DNA of 35,562 nt. Origin: Planctomycetaceae bacterium. GTDB lineage: Bacteria > Planctomycetota > Planctomycetia > Planctomycetales > Planctomycetaceae. The DNA lies in the NCBI GenBank assembly GCA_023262145.1, contig JALRDR010000147.1, positions 1-35,562 of the forward strand. The letters are read 5' to 3'. Positions 1-10,196 of this stretch are shown here, piece after piece (within the stretch, counting starts at the first letter, position 1; every line of letters starts with the position of its first letter). The notes below the pieces were generated by a model. The model was not told the DNA's origin, searched no databases, and worked only from the letters and a program-made list of their open reading frames with translations. Position numbers and translations under genes: made by a program.

Positions 1-2
1 TG

Positions 3-170
3 TACACCATCCGGCATTACAAGAAGGATTTTTCCAACCTGACCGTGGCCATCGTGGGCGACGTGCTGCATTCGCGCGTGGCGCGCTCCGACATCCACGC
101 GCTCACCACCTTGGGCTGCGCCGAAGTGCGTGTGGTGGGCCCTAAAACCCTGGTGCCCGCCGACATGGCC
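3..170 (+). other. Aspartate carbamoyltransferase (PyrB)-like gene fragment, about 56 codons, in frame with the downstream ORF
   Basis: Frame +3 translates to [56 protein letters not shown]. The VAIVGD-x-LHSRVARS motif is the ATCase catalytic-chain signature of the Pseudomonas/betaproteobacterial type. GC3 is about 85% and all Val codons are GTG, unlike the rest of the window. Confidence 0.6.
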
Positions 171-968
171 ACATCGCTGCTTACGGTACTGCCGATGTCG
201 GGTGCATTTGTGGTGATGCGAATGGTGCTGCCGATTGCCCCTTCGTGGGCACTGCAGAGTATTGCGCTGCTGTCGCTGATCACGGCCGTCTATGCAGCGG
301 GCATGTCATTGATTCAGACAGATCCGCGACGATTCTTCTGCTATCTGTTTCTGAGTCATGCGGCGCTGGTCCCAGCAGGTCTGGAACTGCTGAACCCCCT
401 CGGCCTGACGGGAGCTCTCTGTGTCTGGATTTCCACAAGCCTGGCCATGACCGGGCTGGGAATCACTCTTCGCGCTGTAGAGGCTCGCTTCGGGCGTCTG
501 TCGTTGCAGCAGTACCACGGTCTGGCAGCACGAGCACCGTTTCTGGCGGTGATATTTCTGGTCACCGGACTGGCGGCCGTGGGGTTCCCCGGAACCATCG
601 GCTTCATCGGATCTGAACTGCTGATTGAAGGAGCAGTCTCGGTCTACCCGCTGATGGGCACTGCGGTGGTTGTGGCTGCGGCCCTGAACGGCATCGCCAT
701 CATGTCGGCATTCTTCCGAATCTTTACAGGCCTGCGTCCTCAGGCGGGAATCGCCATGCCTGTGCGTCGTCGCGAACGTATTGCATTGCTGTTGCTGCTG
801 GTCGCAATTCTGGCAGGCGGGCTGTATCCGCAGCCCGGAGTCGTCTCTCGCTACCACGCAGCCATCGAACTGATTCGCCATCGAGATACGGACGCTGCGG
901 CGGGGCAGGATTCCCTGTCAGTTGCCAGCACCGTTCCCACCCCCATTTCGCAAGTAAACTCCCCGTGA
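3..968 (+). CDS. Proton-conducting membrane transporter subunit (NuoL/M/N, MnhD, DabB-type), C-terminal part. The CDS is partial at the window edge and its first ~56 codons are the PyrB-like fragment.
   Basis: The frame is open from the window edge to TGA at 966-968. From about nt 171 the protein is polytopic and hydrophobic, with [24 protein letters not shown]...[40 protein letters not shown]. This matches the conserved C-terminal half of the Proton_antipo_M fold (G-x-P-x-x-x-GF-x-GE). Confidence 0.7.
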   Translation, partial: YTIRHYKKDFSNLTVAIVGDVLHSRVARSDIHALTTLGCAEVRVVGPKTLVPADMATSLLTVLPMSGAFVVMRMVLPIAPSWALQSIALLSLITAVYAAGMSLIQTDPRRFFCYLFLSHAALVPAGLELLNPLGLTGALCVWISTSLAMTGLGITLRAVEARFGRLSLQQYHGLAARAPFLAVIFLVTGLAAVGFPGTIGFIGSELLIEGAVSVYPLMGTAVVVAAALNGIAIMSAFFRIFTGLRPQAGIAMPVRRRERIALLLLLVAILAGGLYPQPGVVSRYHAAIELIRHRDTDAAAGQDSLSVASTVPTPISQVNSP

Positions 969-984
969 AAGCAGATCAAAATCT

Positions 985-2973
985 ATGAACCATAGATCCA
1001 AACCGGCAGGCGCTGCCGGACCGGGCACGTATGCAGAATGCTTCCGCAATGACCTGATTTCAGGATTTCTGGTCTTTCTTGTGGCCTTGCCGCTCTGTCT
1101 GGCAATTTCCATCAGTAGCGGCTTTCCGCCGATCGCGGGGATCTTCACAGCGATCATCGGCGCCATCGTGACCACCTTCATCAGTAACAGTGAACTGACC
1201 ATCAAGGGGCCGGCGGCCGGGCTGATTGTGATTGTTGCAGCATGCGTCAAGGATTTTGGCGGGCCGGGAAACGAAAACGCATATCGAGCCGCACTGGCGG
1301 TGGGTGCCGTAGCAGCAGTCCTGCAGATCATTTTTGGTCTGTTTCGTGCGGGGATTCTGGGGGAATTCTTTCCCACCTCCGCAGTGCACGGGATGCTGGC
1401 AGCGATCGGAGTCATCATTCTGGTCAAGCAGATCCCGTTTGCCCTTGGTGTGATTGATCCTGTAACCGGAGCAGTCCCCAGTGCACCGCCACTCAAAATG
1501 ATCACTCAGATTCCTCATTACCTGCATGAGGCGAATCCGGCGATTGCGTCCATCGGGATCGTGAGTCTGCTCATCATGTTTCTGTGGCCTGCTGTCAAGA
1601 ACCGGCTGGGAGTACTGCGACTGATTCCGGCACCGATGATCGTGCTGCTGGTTGCCGTCCCCATGGGGATGGGCTTTGATCTGCTGCATGCGCATACGTA
1701 TGAGCTGGCCGATGGCAGTTACCCCCTCGGTGAACAGTATCTTGTCAGAATGCCGGACCGCATGTTTGGTATGTTTGACGAGATTACAACTCCGGACTTC
1801 AGCGTGCTCACGCAGATGCTGGCGTGGAAGTCGATTCTGATGTTCTTCCTGATCGGCAGCCTCGAATCGATGCTCAGTGCCAGGGCTGTGGATCTGATTG
1901 ACCCGTGGAAACGCAAGACGAGTATGGATCGCGATGTGATCGCCATCGGTGTTGCCAACCTGCTGGCAGCACTGGTTGGCGGACTGCCGATGATCTCTGA
2001 AATCGTCCGCTCCAGAGCGAATATCGACAATGGTGCTCGCACACGCTTTGCAGACTTCTGGCATGGGATCTTTTTGCTTCTATGCGTGGCACTTATCCCG
2101 ACAATTCTGCACCGCATTCCGCTGGCAGCGCTGGCAGCGATGCTGGTCTACACCGGATCCCGACTTGCTCATCCCAGCGAGTTCATGCACGTTTATCGAA
2201 TTGGTAAGGAACAGCTGGCGATCTTTCTGACCACACTGGTGGTGGTACTGCTGACCGACCTGCTCGTCGGAGTCGCGGCCGGGATCGCCCTGAAAATGGT
2301 GATCCATGTTTCCAATGGTGTTCCGCTGCGTTCCTTGTTCAAACCGTTCCTGGAAGTTCAGGACGTCAATGCAGACACCAGTCTGATCATTGCTCGCGAA
2401 TCAGCCGTGTTCAGCAACTGGATCCCGTTTCGTCGCCAGATTGAACAACTGGGACTGGTACAGCGACGAAATCTTGTCATCGATGTCTCTGACACCCACC
2501 TGGTTGATCACAGCGTGATGGAGAAACTACAGGAGATGGAGCAACAGTTTGAACAGGAGGGCCTGCGATTTGAAGTGCTCGGGCTGGACACGCTTCGTCC
2601 GTTGTCCACGGATGCGCACGCAGCTCGAAAACGCGGATTGACCCGGGTCAGGCGAATCACAGTCGTTGCCGGCGAATCACTGCAGGAGTGGCTGCTCGAA
2701 GGCTTCTGTCGCTGCGGAATTTCCGGCTACACAATTGTCCCGTGCTTCGGGGCCGGACGGAAGGATCTGGCCAATGGGCAGTACCACCCCGGCGACAACA
2801 TTCGCATTGAGATCATTGCTGACACGACAGTCTCGAATGCGATCATGGAGTTTCTGCGACAGGAAGTCCACGCGGAACATCACGTCACCTGCTGTGTTGA
2901 GAACGTTGATGTCGTTCGCGTGGGAGATTTTGCACCGCTTGAGTCTGCACATCTGCAGCCTTTGCATAACTAA
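985..2973 (+). CDS. SulP-family anion transporter (BicA/sulfate permease type) with a STAS domain and an extra C-terminal PII-like domain
   Basis: 662 aa, ATG 17 nt after the upstream stop. The N-terminus [43 protein letters not shown] is the SulP signature region, and there are about 10-12 TM helices. The STAS-like segment is [21 protein letters not shown]...[22 protein letters not shown]. The last 107 aa (nt 2650-2970) align by eye to GlnB-type PII: [35 protein letters not shown] ... [23 protein letters not shown] ... [13 protein letters not shown]. Confidence 0.85.
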   Translation: MNHRSKPAGAAGPGTYAECFRNDLISGFLVFLVALPLCLAISISSGFPPIAGIFTAIIGAIVTTFISNSELTIKGPAAGLIVIVAACVKDFGGPGNENAYRAALAVGAVAAVLQIIFGLFRAGILGEFFPTSAVHGMLAAIGVIILVKQIPFALGVIDPVTGAVPSAPPLKMITQIPHYLHEANPAIASIGIVSLLIMFLWPAVKNRLGVLRLIPAPMIVLLVAVPMGMGFDLLHAHTYELADGSYPLGEQYLVRMPDRMFGMFDEITTPDFSVLTQMLAWKSILMFFLIGSLESMLSARAVDLIDPWKRKTSMDRDVIAIGVANLLAALVGGLPMISEIVRSRANIDNGARTRFADFWHGIFLLLCVALIPTILHRIPLAALAAMLVYTGSRLAHPSEFMHVYRIGKEQLAIFLTTLVVVLLTDLLVGVAAGIALKMVIHVSNGVPLRSLFKPFLEVQDVNADTSLIIARESAVFSNWIPFRRQIEQLGLVQRRNLVIDVSDTHLVDHSVMEKLQEMEQQFEQEGLRFEVLGLDTLRPLSTDAHAARKRGLTRVRRITVVAGESLQEWLLEGFCRCGISGYTIVPCFGAGRKDLANGQYHPGDNIRIEIIADTTVSNAIMEFLRQEVHAEHHVTCCVENVDVVRVGDFAPLESAHLQPLHN

Positions 2974-3169
2974 GCGGTGGATACCCCTGCAGCAGCCAGG
3001 CGATGCAGACCTTCACAAAGGCTGCAGAGCCTGCGCTGCTGCGCAGGGAATTCCGGGCATCATGTTTCCGCTCCGTCCCTGATCCGTTACATTCCGAGCG
3101 TCATCCCGCAGGCAGCGGGAGTATCGGGTGATTGCAGGCACCAGCCTGTACAGCGAAGGACGGACGGCA

Positions 3170-4150
3170 ATGACGGCGGCAATTTCACTACGGGACGGTG
3201 GTTCTCTTCCCGCAACCGGCTTCGGTTTCTGGAAAGTGGATCCGGGTGCGGCAGCGGACGTCTGCCAGACCGCGATTCGCGCGGGTTATCGACATCTGGA
3301 CTGCGCCTGCGACTATGGCAATGAAGCTGAGACAGGAGCCGGAATCAGCGCCGCAATCTCCTCTGGAGCCGTAACTCGCGAGGATCTCTGGGTTACTTCC
3401 AAGCTGTGGAATACCTATCACGCTCCGGAGCATGTGGGGCAGGCCTGCCGCAGATCACTGCAGGATCTGCAGCTGGACTATCTGGATCTGTACCTGATTC
3501 ACTTTCCCATCGCACAGGAGTTCGTGCCCTTTGAAACAAGATATCCTCCGGGCTGGTTCCACGACCCGGACGCTGCCCAGCCTCAGATGAAGGAAGTACG
3601 AATTCCGATTCGCGACACATGGCAGGCGATGGAGGAACTGGTTGAGTCGGGACTTGTTCGCAGAATCGGAATCTGTAATTTCGGCACAAGTCTGCTGCGG
3701 GATCTGCTGGCAACAGCTCGAATTGCACCTGCGGTTCTGCAGGTGGAGTCTCATCCACTGCTGGTCCAGGAAAAGCTGCTGCGGTACTGTCAGCAGGAGC
3801 AGATTGCGTTTACGGCGTTCTCACCGCTTGGTCCTGCCAGTTATTACAGTCTGGGAATGGCTTCTGAGTCCGACTCGCTGCTGCATCACCCGGTCATTCT
3901 TGCTGCTGCAGAGCAGCATCAGAAAACCGCCGCTCAGGTACTGCTCCGCTGGGGCATTCAGCGAGGTACTTCGGTAATCCCCAAGACGTCATCGGAGGAG
4001 CGCATGCAGGAAAACCTTGCCACTGCTGACTTCGAACTGACGGAAGCAGAAATGTCAGCAATCAGCGGACTGGACCGAGGTCAGCGATTCAATGACCCGG
4101 GAGTCTTCTGTGAATCGGCATTCAATACATTCTGTCCGATTTATGAATAA
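3170..4150 (+). CDS. Aldo-keto reductase, aldose/xylose-reductase-like (AKR2-like)
   Basis: AKR motifs DCACDYGNE, KLWNTYH, LDYLDLYLIHFPIAQEFVPFETRYPPGW, IGICNF, LQVESHPLL and IPKTSSEERMQENL. ATG at 3170 gives the typical AKR N-terminus (326 aa). A GTG at 3128 with GGGAG 6 nt upstream is an alternative start. Confidence 0.85.
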   Translation: MTAAISLRDGGSLPATGFGFWKVDPGAAADVCQTAIRAGYRHLDCACDYGNEAETGAGISAAISSGAVTREDLWVTSKLWNTYHAPEHVGQACRRSLQDLQLDYLDLYLIHFPIAQEFVPFETRYPPGWFHDPDAAQPQMKEVRIPIRDTWQAMEELVESGLVRRIGICNFGTSLLRDLLATARIAPAVLQVESHPLLVQEKLLRYCQQEQIAFTAFSPLGPASYYSLGMASESDSLLHHPVILAAAEQHQKTAAQVLLRWGIQRGTSVIPKTSSEERMQENLATADFELTEAEMSAISGLDRGQRFNDPGVFCESAFNTFCPIYE

Positions 4151-4204
4151 ATGCTGCGGCATAAGTGAAATAATGAACGCTCTCAGGCTCGGGAGAATTC
4201 CACA

Positions 4205-6160
4205 GTGTGCGGGATAGCAGGTGGAGTCTGGTGGAGTCCCCAATTGCGGATTTCACCGGAAACCCAGCGAACCATGACCGACAGCATTCGCCATCGCGGC
4301 CCGGACGCTGATGGTCACTGGCGTGCCGATCCCAGATCCGCAGCCGCCCCCGAGTCGCCGGGAGTCACATTGGGGCACCGTCGTCTGAGCATCATTGATG
4401 TCTCCGGAAGTGCTCAGCCACTGGCCAACGAAGACAACACTGTCTGGATTACATTCAACGGGGAAATCTACAACTACAGGGAACTGCGAACCGAGTTGCT
4501 GGCCCGCGGGCATCGCTTTCGCACTGACGGTGACACCGAAGTCATCGTCCACCTGTATGAAGAATATGGAACGGACTTCGTAAATCACCTCCGCGGAATG
4601 TTCGCGCTTGCCATCTGGGACACCAGTCAGCAGTGCCTGCTGCTGGCGCGTGATCGGATGGGAAAGAAGCCACTGTACTACCGCATGGAGGAGGGCCGGC
4701 TGTGTTTTGGCAGTGAACTGAAGGCATTGCTGCAGATCCCGGGGATCTCCCGTGAACTCGACCCGCAGGCTGTGCTCAGCTTTTTGACTCTGCAGTACGT
4801 GCCTCACCCGCACTGTATCCTGCAGGGATACAGTAAACTTCCGCCGGCGTCCGTGGCTGTCCTGCAGCGTGGTGAGCTCACAGTCTCCACGTACTGGAGC
4901 CCCCCTTACGCTGAACCGGAACTCGGTCGAAGTGCTGTGGCAGACTGGCAGGAAGAACTTGCAGCGACACTTCAGGAAGCGGTCCGCCTGCGACTGCGAA
5001 GTGATGTTCCGCTGGGAGCGTTTCTGTCCGGTGGTATCGACAGCACAATCATCTGCGGACTGATGCAGGAACAGCTCAGCGATCCTGTGCACACTTTTTC
5101 GATGGGTTTCCCAGTCGCGGCGTTTGACGAGCGGGGATACGCGAGGGATGCAGCAACGCATCTGGGCACCAGGCATCGCGACGCTGAAGTTACGCCCGAC
5201 GCGCTGCAGATTCTGCCGGCGCTGATCTGGCACTACGATGAACCATTCGGAGACAGTTCTGCAATCCCCACGATGCATCTGTCCCGCATGGTCCGGGAGC
5301 ATGTCACAGTTGCGCTCACCGGTGATGGCGGTGATGAGCTGTTCTGTGGCTATGATCGTTATCGGGCTGCGCGGGCAACCGCCGCGATGGACTGGATCCC
5401 CGCCTTCATCCGACGTCAGATCTCCAGCGCCGTTTCACTGATCCCTGCTGCGGTTGAGCAACGTTCGTTTCGCAGACGACTGCAGCGTCTGTGTGAAGCT
5501 CTGGCGCAGGATCCCGAGCGTCGTTATCTGAACTGGATCACCATCTTCAATTCCGCGAAGCTGGAATGGCTGATCAGTCCTGCGCTGCGGGACAGGCTGC
5601 GGCTGCAGGACCCGGCCGCTGCGATTGTGGAAAGTTACCAGCGGTATCCACAACGGGATTTTCTCACACGAACCACGGCTGTTGATGTCCACACATATCT
5701 TCCCTGCGACATTCTGACGAAGGTGGATATCGCCAGTATGGCGGCTTCTCTTGAATGTCGTTGCCCGCTGCTGGATCAGAAAGTGGTCGAGCTGGCGGCG
5801 CGGATGCCACTGGAAGTCAAGCAGACAGCGACGCAAAGCAAGAAGGTGCTGACAGAGACGTTCGGCAGGTTTCTTCCGCCATCGTTGCGGAATCGCCGCA
5901 AGATGGGATTTGGCGTGCCGATCGACCACTGGTTCCGCGGCGAGCTGCAGCCACTGCTGCGGGACGTGCTGTTGTCCGAACGCACCCTCTCCCGCGGTCT
6001 GCTCAGACCAGATGCTGTGCGTGCTCTTGTCGACGAACATACCAGCGGCGCGGTGAATCACGCCTATCGGCTCTGGTCACTGCTGTGTCTGGAATTGTGG
6101 CAGCGCATGTATCTGGACCAGCCAGCACCTTCATCCGAGCCAACAGTGCTTCCTGACTGA
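4205..6160 (+). CDS. asnB: Asparagine synthase (glutamine-hydrolysing)
   Basis: A GTG start gives M-CGIAG, the class-II amidotransferase N-terminal Cys nucleophile. Also present are [15 protein letters not shown] and the PP-loop FLSGGIDST. 651 aa. Confidence 0.9.
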   Translation: MCGIAGGVWWSPQLRISPETQRTMTDSIRHRGPDADGHWRADPRSAAAPESPGVTLGHRRLSIIDVSGSAQPLANEDNTVWITFNGEIYNYRELRTELLARGHRFRTDGDTEVIVHLYEEYGTDFVNHLRGMFALAIWDTSQQCLLLARDRMGKKPLYYRMEEGRLCFGSELKALLQIPGISRELDPQAVLSFLTLQYVPHPHCILQGYSKLPPASVAVLQRGELTVSTYWSPPYAEPELGRSAVADWQEELAATLQEAVRLRLRSDVPLGAFLSGGIDSTIICGLMQEQLSDPVHTFSMGFPVAAFDERGYARDAATHLGTRHRDAEVTPDALQILPALIWHYDEPFGDSSAIPTMHLSRMVREHVTVALTGDGGDELFCGYDRYRAARATAAMDWIPAFIRRQISSAVSLIPAAVEQRSFRRRLQRLCEALAQDPERRYLNWITIFNSAKLEWLISPALRDRLRLQDPAAAIVESYQRYPQRDFLTRTTAVDVHTYLPCDILTKVDIASMAASLECRCPLLDQKVVELAARMPLEVKQTATQSKKVLTETFGRFLPPSLRNRRKMGFGVPIDHWFRGELQPLLRDVLLSERTLSRGLLRPDAVRALVDEHTSGAVNHAYRLWSLLCLELWQRMYLDQPAPSSEPTVLPD

Positions 6161-6380
6161 CAGTTTTGAGGTACGTCGGCAGATGCTGCAGTTCTGTGAG
6201 GGCCGGAACAGCGTACCGGCCAATTCAGTCGCGATTACCGGAATCGCCCTTTCCGGAAACGCGAATTCGCAGCGACTTCTGCTGGAATCCCGTCGGATCT
6301 GTTCTGACAGCGCCGATCTCTTTAGAATCCCGCATTCGGTCAATTCCCTGTCCTGTTCCGCAACTGCAGACCCAAGTCTT

Positions 6381-9300
6381 ATGTTTCAGCCAGTTACCGA
6401 CAGTAATTTTGTCTCCGGTGAGCATTCCGTGCTGAGATTCTGGGAATCGCAGCGAATCTTCGATCAGCTGCGTCAGCAGAACGAAGGCAAACCTCGTTGG
6501 AGCTTCCTGGACGGACCGATCACGGCGAATAACCCGATGGGGGTGCACCACGCCTGGGGACGCACGTACAAGGATACTTATCAGCGGTTCTTCGCCATGC
6601 GAGGGCATCAGCTGCGGTACCAGAACGGATTTGACTGCCAGGGCTTGTGGGTCGAAGTGGAAGTTGAGAAACAGCTTGGCCTGGGAACCCGTAATGCCAT
6701 CGCAGAGTTCGGCCTGGATCGTTTTGTGAACGAATGTAAGCGACGTGTGCTGAAGTTTGCCGCTCGACAGACTGAGCAGTCAGTGCGTCTGGGCTACTGG
6801 ATGGACTGGGACCTGCCGGATCAGCTGCGTACCCTGGCAGAGAATATCGGCAGCGAGAATGAGGTCTCGGTCACAACGCCCACCGGTCTGCAGGTTTCTG
6901 ACAGTGCCGACCGCATTGTTGAACGGCTTGGAAATCCCGCATGGGGCGGCAGCTACTTCACATTCAGCACCGAAAACAATGAAACCATCTGGACGTTTCT
7001 GAAGAAGTGCTGCAGCCGGGGCAAGATCTACCAGGGGCACGACGTCATGCCCTGGTCGGGCCGTGGGGGCAGTGCCTATTCCCAGATGGAGATTGCTGAA
7101 GGTCGCAAACTGACGACTCACAAGAGCGTGTTTGTCAGATTTCCGCTGCGCGACCGCGGCACGACTGATTCGCGTGAGTATCTGCTGGTCTGGACAACCA
7201 CCCCATGGACGCTGACCAGCAATATCGCCTGTGCCGTAAATCCGGATCTCGAGTACGTTCAGATTCGGGCCGCTCGAGACGGTGCAGTGTATTACTTCGC
7301 GAAGGAGAATCTTGAGTTTCAGCGACTGGCAACGGAGTTTCGTGAGGGCTTTGGCCGACCGGAATGGAAATGGCCGGAGGCGGTTCCGAAGCTCAGGACA
7401 CTGGCACAAATCTTCCGGGAGCAGGGCGGTTTTGAGGAGCTCGGGGTCATCCGTGGGGCGGATATGGTCGGCTGGGAGTACGACGGCCCCTTCGACGACC
7501 TGCCGGCGCAGCAACAGGCGGGCGGAGTACCGATTGACGAAAGCAATCCGGACCGCAGCGGGGTCAGCAGTCACCGGGTGATTGACGGTGGTCGTGACTC
7601 CCGGGGAAATGCCAACGTGGTCGCAGGCGAGGGAACCGGGATTGTCCACATCGCTCCGGGCTGCGGAGATATTGACCATCGGATGGGCATTTCACTCGGA
7701 CTTCCTGTGATTGCTCCGCTGAAAGAAGACGGCACTTACCGCGAGGAGTTTGCAGATTTTGCGGGGCTGGAGGCAATCGCGCCGGAGACTGCAGAAAAGG
7801 TGTTTGCACGTCTGCGGGAAAAGGAACTGCTGGTTTCAGTGGAAGTCTATCCGCACATCTATCCGCACTGCTGGCGAACGGGTGACGAGCTGGTCTTCAG
7901 ACTGGTCGACGAGTGGTTCATTCGCATGGACTGGCGAGAAGAAATCAAGGATGTAACCCGCTGCATTCAATGGTTGCCGGACACCATTGACGGACAAACA
8001 CGCGAGCTGGAGTGGTTGTCCAACATGGGCGACTGGATGATCAGCAAGAAGCGGTTCTGGGGACTGGCTCTGCCAATCTGGGTGGATCAGGAGACCGGCG
8101 ACTTTGAAGTCATGGGATCGCTGCAGGAATTGCAGGAGCGTGCGGTCGAGGGCTGGGATGAATTCGCCGGCCACAGCCCGCATCGACCCTGGATCGACAA
8201 AGTTCAGATCCGCAATCCGAAGACAGGTAATCTGATGCAACGGATCCCGGACGTCGGTAATCCGTGGCTGGACGCCGGGATCGTTCCTTTCAGTACCATG
8301 GGTTACAACCATGATCGTGAAGAATGGCAGAAGTGGTACCCGGCTGACCTTGTAACGGAATGTTTTCCCGGGCAGTTCCGCAACTGGTTCTACTCCATGC
8401 TGTCTCTGTCCACGATGATGCGTTACGACGAGGCTGAGACGGCAGAAGACAAGAAGCCCTTCCACACGCTGCTTGGACACAGGCTGGTGCAGAACGAGCA
8501 GGGGCAGCCGATGCACAAATCAGACGGCACAGCCATCTGGTTTGAGGAGGCAGCCGAACAGCTGGGTGTGGATACCATGCGCTGGATGTACCTCGCACAG
8601 AATCCCGCAGTCGATCTGCGATTTGGCACACGCCACCCGGACCAGGTAGTCACCCTGGAAACGCCGCAGGGGCCGGTGCGAGAAACTGCGGAAGGTATAC
8701 CGACCTGCCTTGTCACCAGCAGCCCCGCAGACGAAACGCGGCGACGAATTCTGATTCCGCTCTGGAACTGTTACAAGTTTCTGGTGGATTACGCTGTCGC
8801 TGACGGTTTTGTTCCGACACAGGAACTGCGGGCACGTGCTGCCGGACAGTCGAATCTTCCTGCCGATGTCAGCTCACGCCCGGAGATCGATCGCTGGATT
8901 CTGTCCAACCTGCAGTCTCTTACTGAGACCGCCGTGCAGCAGATGCAGAATTTCAACGCACCCGGATTCTGCCAGGCAGCAGCGGAGTTCATCGACGATC
9001 TGAGCAACTGGTATATTCGCCTGAATCGCCGTCGGTTCTGGCGTTCGAAGGATGCCAGCGACACCGATAAGCTGGCAGCTTATGAAACTCTGTATGAAGT
9101 TCTGGTGACCCTCTGCCGTCTGCTGGCACCCTGCATGCCGTTTCTGACCGAACGCATGTACCAGAATCTGGTGCTGGGACGGCAGCCGGACACCGCCGAT
9201 GCCAATGGAACAGATGTGCCTGTCTCCGTTCATCTCTGTCAGTTTCCAGACGCTGACCAGCTGCTTCTTGACCAGGCGCTGAACACGCGGATGGCGGCTG

Positions 9301-10022
9301 CTCAGCGGATCGTCCGTCTGGGACACAAGCTGCGTGAAGACTGCAACCTGCGCGTGCGGCAGCCACTCTCCGAACTGCAGTATTCCTGCAGCACTGCCGA
9401 AACCGCAGCGGCTCTGGAAACACTCACCGATGTGATCTCGGAAGAGCTGAATATTCGCAGTGTTGTGCGTCGAGAAAACCTGGATGAGCTTGTCAGTTAC
9501 ACCTACAAGCCAAATCTGCGTACGCTCGGGCCACGCTACGGAAAACTGCTCAAGGACCTGCGGGCTGAAATTCCGGAAATGAGCGACGATGTGCTCGGTC
9601 CCCTTCGCCGTGGCGAATCCGTGACTGTCAGCATTGCCGGGCAGGACGTCCGGCTGGAATCCGATGATGTGCTCATCAGCACTCGTCAGGCGGCTGACTG
9701 GGCCAGTGCTGACGATGCCGACATCCAGGTTGCCATCAGTACGCAGCTGAATCCCGAGTTGCTGCGTGAGGGAATGTCGCGTGACTTCGTTCGTCAGGTT
9801 CAGAAGTTGCGCAAAGATGCTGATCTGAACATCCAGGATCGCATCTCCATCAGCTATTCGGCCGCGGACCCTGAAGTGGTCGTGATGGTGCAGGAGTGGT
9901 CCGATTACATCTGTTCAGAAACACTGGCCGATCAGCTCAGCTCGGATCAGGCTACGGAAGGCCACTCCGGGATGGTCGGCGACTGTAAGGTCTCGATCGC
10001 CATCCGGCGCGCAATGGGCTGA
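6381..10022 (+). CDS. ileS: Isoleucine--tRNA ligase, type 2, long form (1213 aa)
   Basis: [20 protein letters not shown] is the HIGH-region variant of type-2 IleRS. Also present are [44 protein letters not shown], the KMSKS-position variant PMHKSDG, and the C-terminal DRISISY...[12 protein letters not shown] typical of type-2 IleRS. ATG at 6381 (MFQPVTDS...) precedes the conserved core. The ORF-track start at 6183 adds 66 non-conserved residues. Confidence 0.85.
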   Translation: MFQPVTDSNFVSGEHSVLRFWESQRIFDQLRQQNEGKPRWSFLDGPITANNPMGVHHAWGRTYKDTYQRFFAMRGHQLRYQNGFDCQGLWVEVEVEKQLGLGTRNAIAEFGLDRFVNECKRRVLKFAARQTEQSVRLGYWMDWDLPDQLRTLAENIGSENEVSVTTPTGLQVSDSADRIVERLGNPAWGGSYFTFSTENNETIWTFLKKCCSRGKIYQGHDVMPWSGRGGSAYSQMEIAEGRKLTTHKSVFVRFPLRDRGTTDSREYLLVWTTTPWTLTSNIACAVNPDLEYVQIRAARDGAVYYFAKENLEFQRLATEFREGFGRPEWKWPEAVPKLRTLAQIFREQGGFEELGVIRGADMVGWEYDGPFDDLPAQQQAGGVPIDESNPDRSGVSSHRVIDGGRDSRGNANVVAGEGTGIVHIAPGCGDIDHRMGISLGLPVIAPLKEDGTYREEFADFAGLEAIAPETAEKVFARLREKELLVSVEVYPHIYPHCWRTGDELVFRLVDEWFIRMDWREEIKDVTRCIQWLPDTIDGQTRELEWLSNMGDWMISKKRFWGLALPIWVDQETGDFEVMGSLQELQERAVEGWDEFAGHSPHRPWIDKVQIRNPKTGNLMQRIPDVGNPWLDAGIVPFSTMGYNHDREEWQKWYPADLVTECFPGQFRNWFYSMLSLSTMMRYDEAETAEDKKPFHTLLGHRLVQNEQGQPMHKSDGTAIWFEEAAEQLGVDTMRWMYLAQNPAVDLRFGTRHPDQVVTLETPQGPVRETAEGIPTCLVTSSPADETRRRILIPLWNCYKFLVDYAVADGFVPTQELRARAAGQSNLPADVSSRPEIDRWILSNLQSLTETAVQQMQNFNAPGFCQAAAEFIDDLSNWYIRLNRRRFWRSKDASDTDKLAAYETLYEVLVTLCRLLAPCMPFLTERMYQNLVLGRQPDTADANGTDVPVSVHLCQFPDADQLLLDQALNTRMAAAQRIVRLGHKLREDCNLRVRQPLSELQYSCSTAETAAALETLTDVISEELNIRSVVRRENLDELVSYTYKPNLRTLGPRYGKLLKDLRAEIPEMSDDVLGPLRRGESVTVSIAGQDVRLESDDVLISTRQAADWASADDADIQVAISTQLNPELLREGMSRDFVRQVQKLRKDADLNIQDRISISYSAADPEVVVMVQEWSDYICSETLADQLSSDQATEGHSGMVGDCKVSIAIRRAMG

Positions 10023-10033
10023 TCGGTATCATT

Positions 10034-10098
10034 CTGCCGGCCCGACTGTTCCGGCAGGGGACCTGACTGGCAGTTTCAGGGCAGGAAGCGTTCTGCCC
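10034..10098. terminator. Two GC-rich hairpins between the convergent ileS and peroxidase genes; possible bidirectional termination region
   Basis: CTGCCGG(10034-10040)-N10-CCGGCAG(10051-10057) and GGGCAG(10079-10084)-N8-CTGCCC(10093-10098). There is no clear U-run on either strand. Confidence 0.3.
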
Positions 10099-10139
10099 CA
10101 CAGCCGTCGCAGGTTCACGCTGCGAGCGGGTTCATTCCG

Positions 10140-10173
10140 TGCGCGGCAGCGTGCACTGCGCGGCAGCGTGCAC
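10140..10173. repeat. Perfect tandem duplication of a 17-mer (TGCGCGGCAGCGTGCAC x2)
   Basis: Positions 10140-10156 and 10157-10173 are identical. Each copy contains the GTGCAC palindrome. The element is intergenic, 24 nt from the stop of the minus-strand peroxidase gene. Confidence 0.9.
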
Positions 10174-10196
10174 ATCGCGACGAGTGGCTGCGGCGG

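Noticed and set aside
6183-6380. The upstream extension of the ileS ORF (66 codons)
   Set aside because: It shows no similarity to aaRS N-termini and is Ser/Cys/Arg-rich. The conserved IleRS N-terminal region begins right after ATG 6381.
1060-7679. Long antisense ORFs inside real genes: 1060..2064 (334 aa), 4253..5302 (349 aa) and 6780..7679 (299 aa)
   Set aside because: These are shadow ORFs opposite strongly supported genes (SulP, asnB, ileS). Their products are Arg/His/Cys/Gln-rich and low-complexity, as expected for the antisense frame of GC-rich coding DNA.
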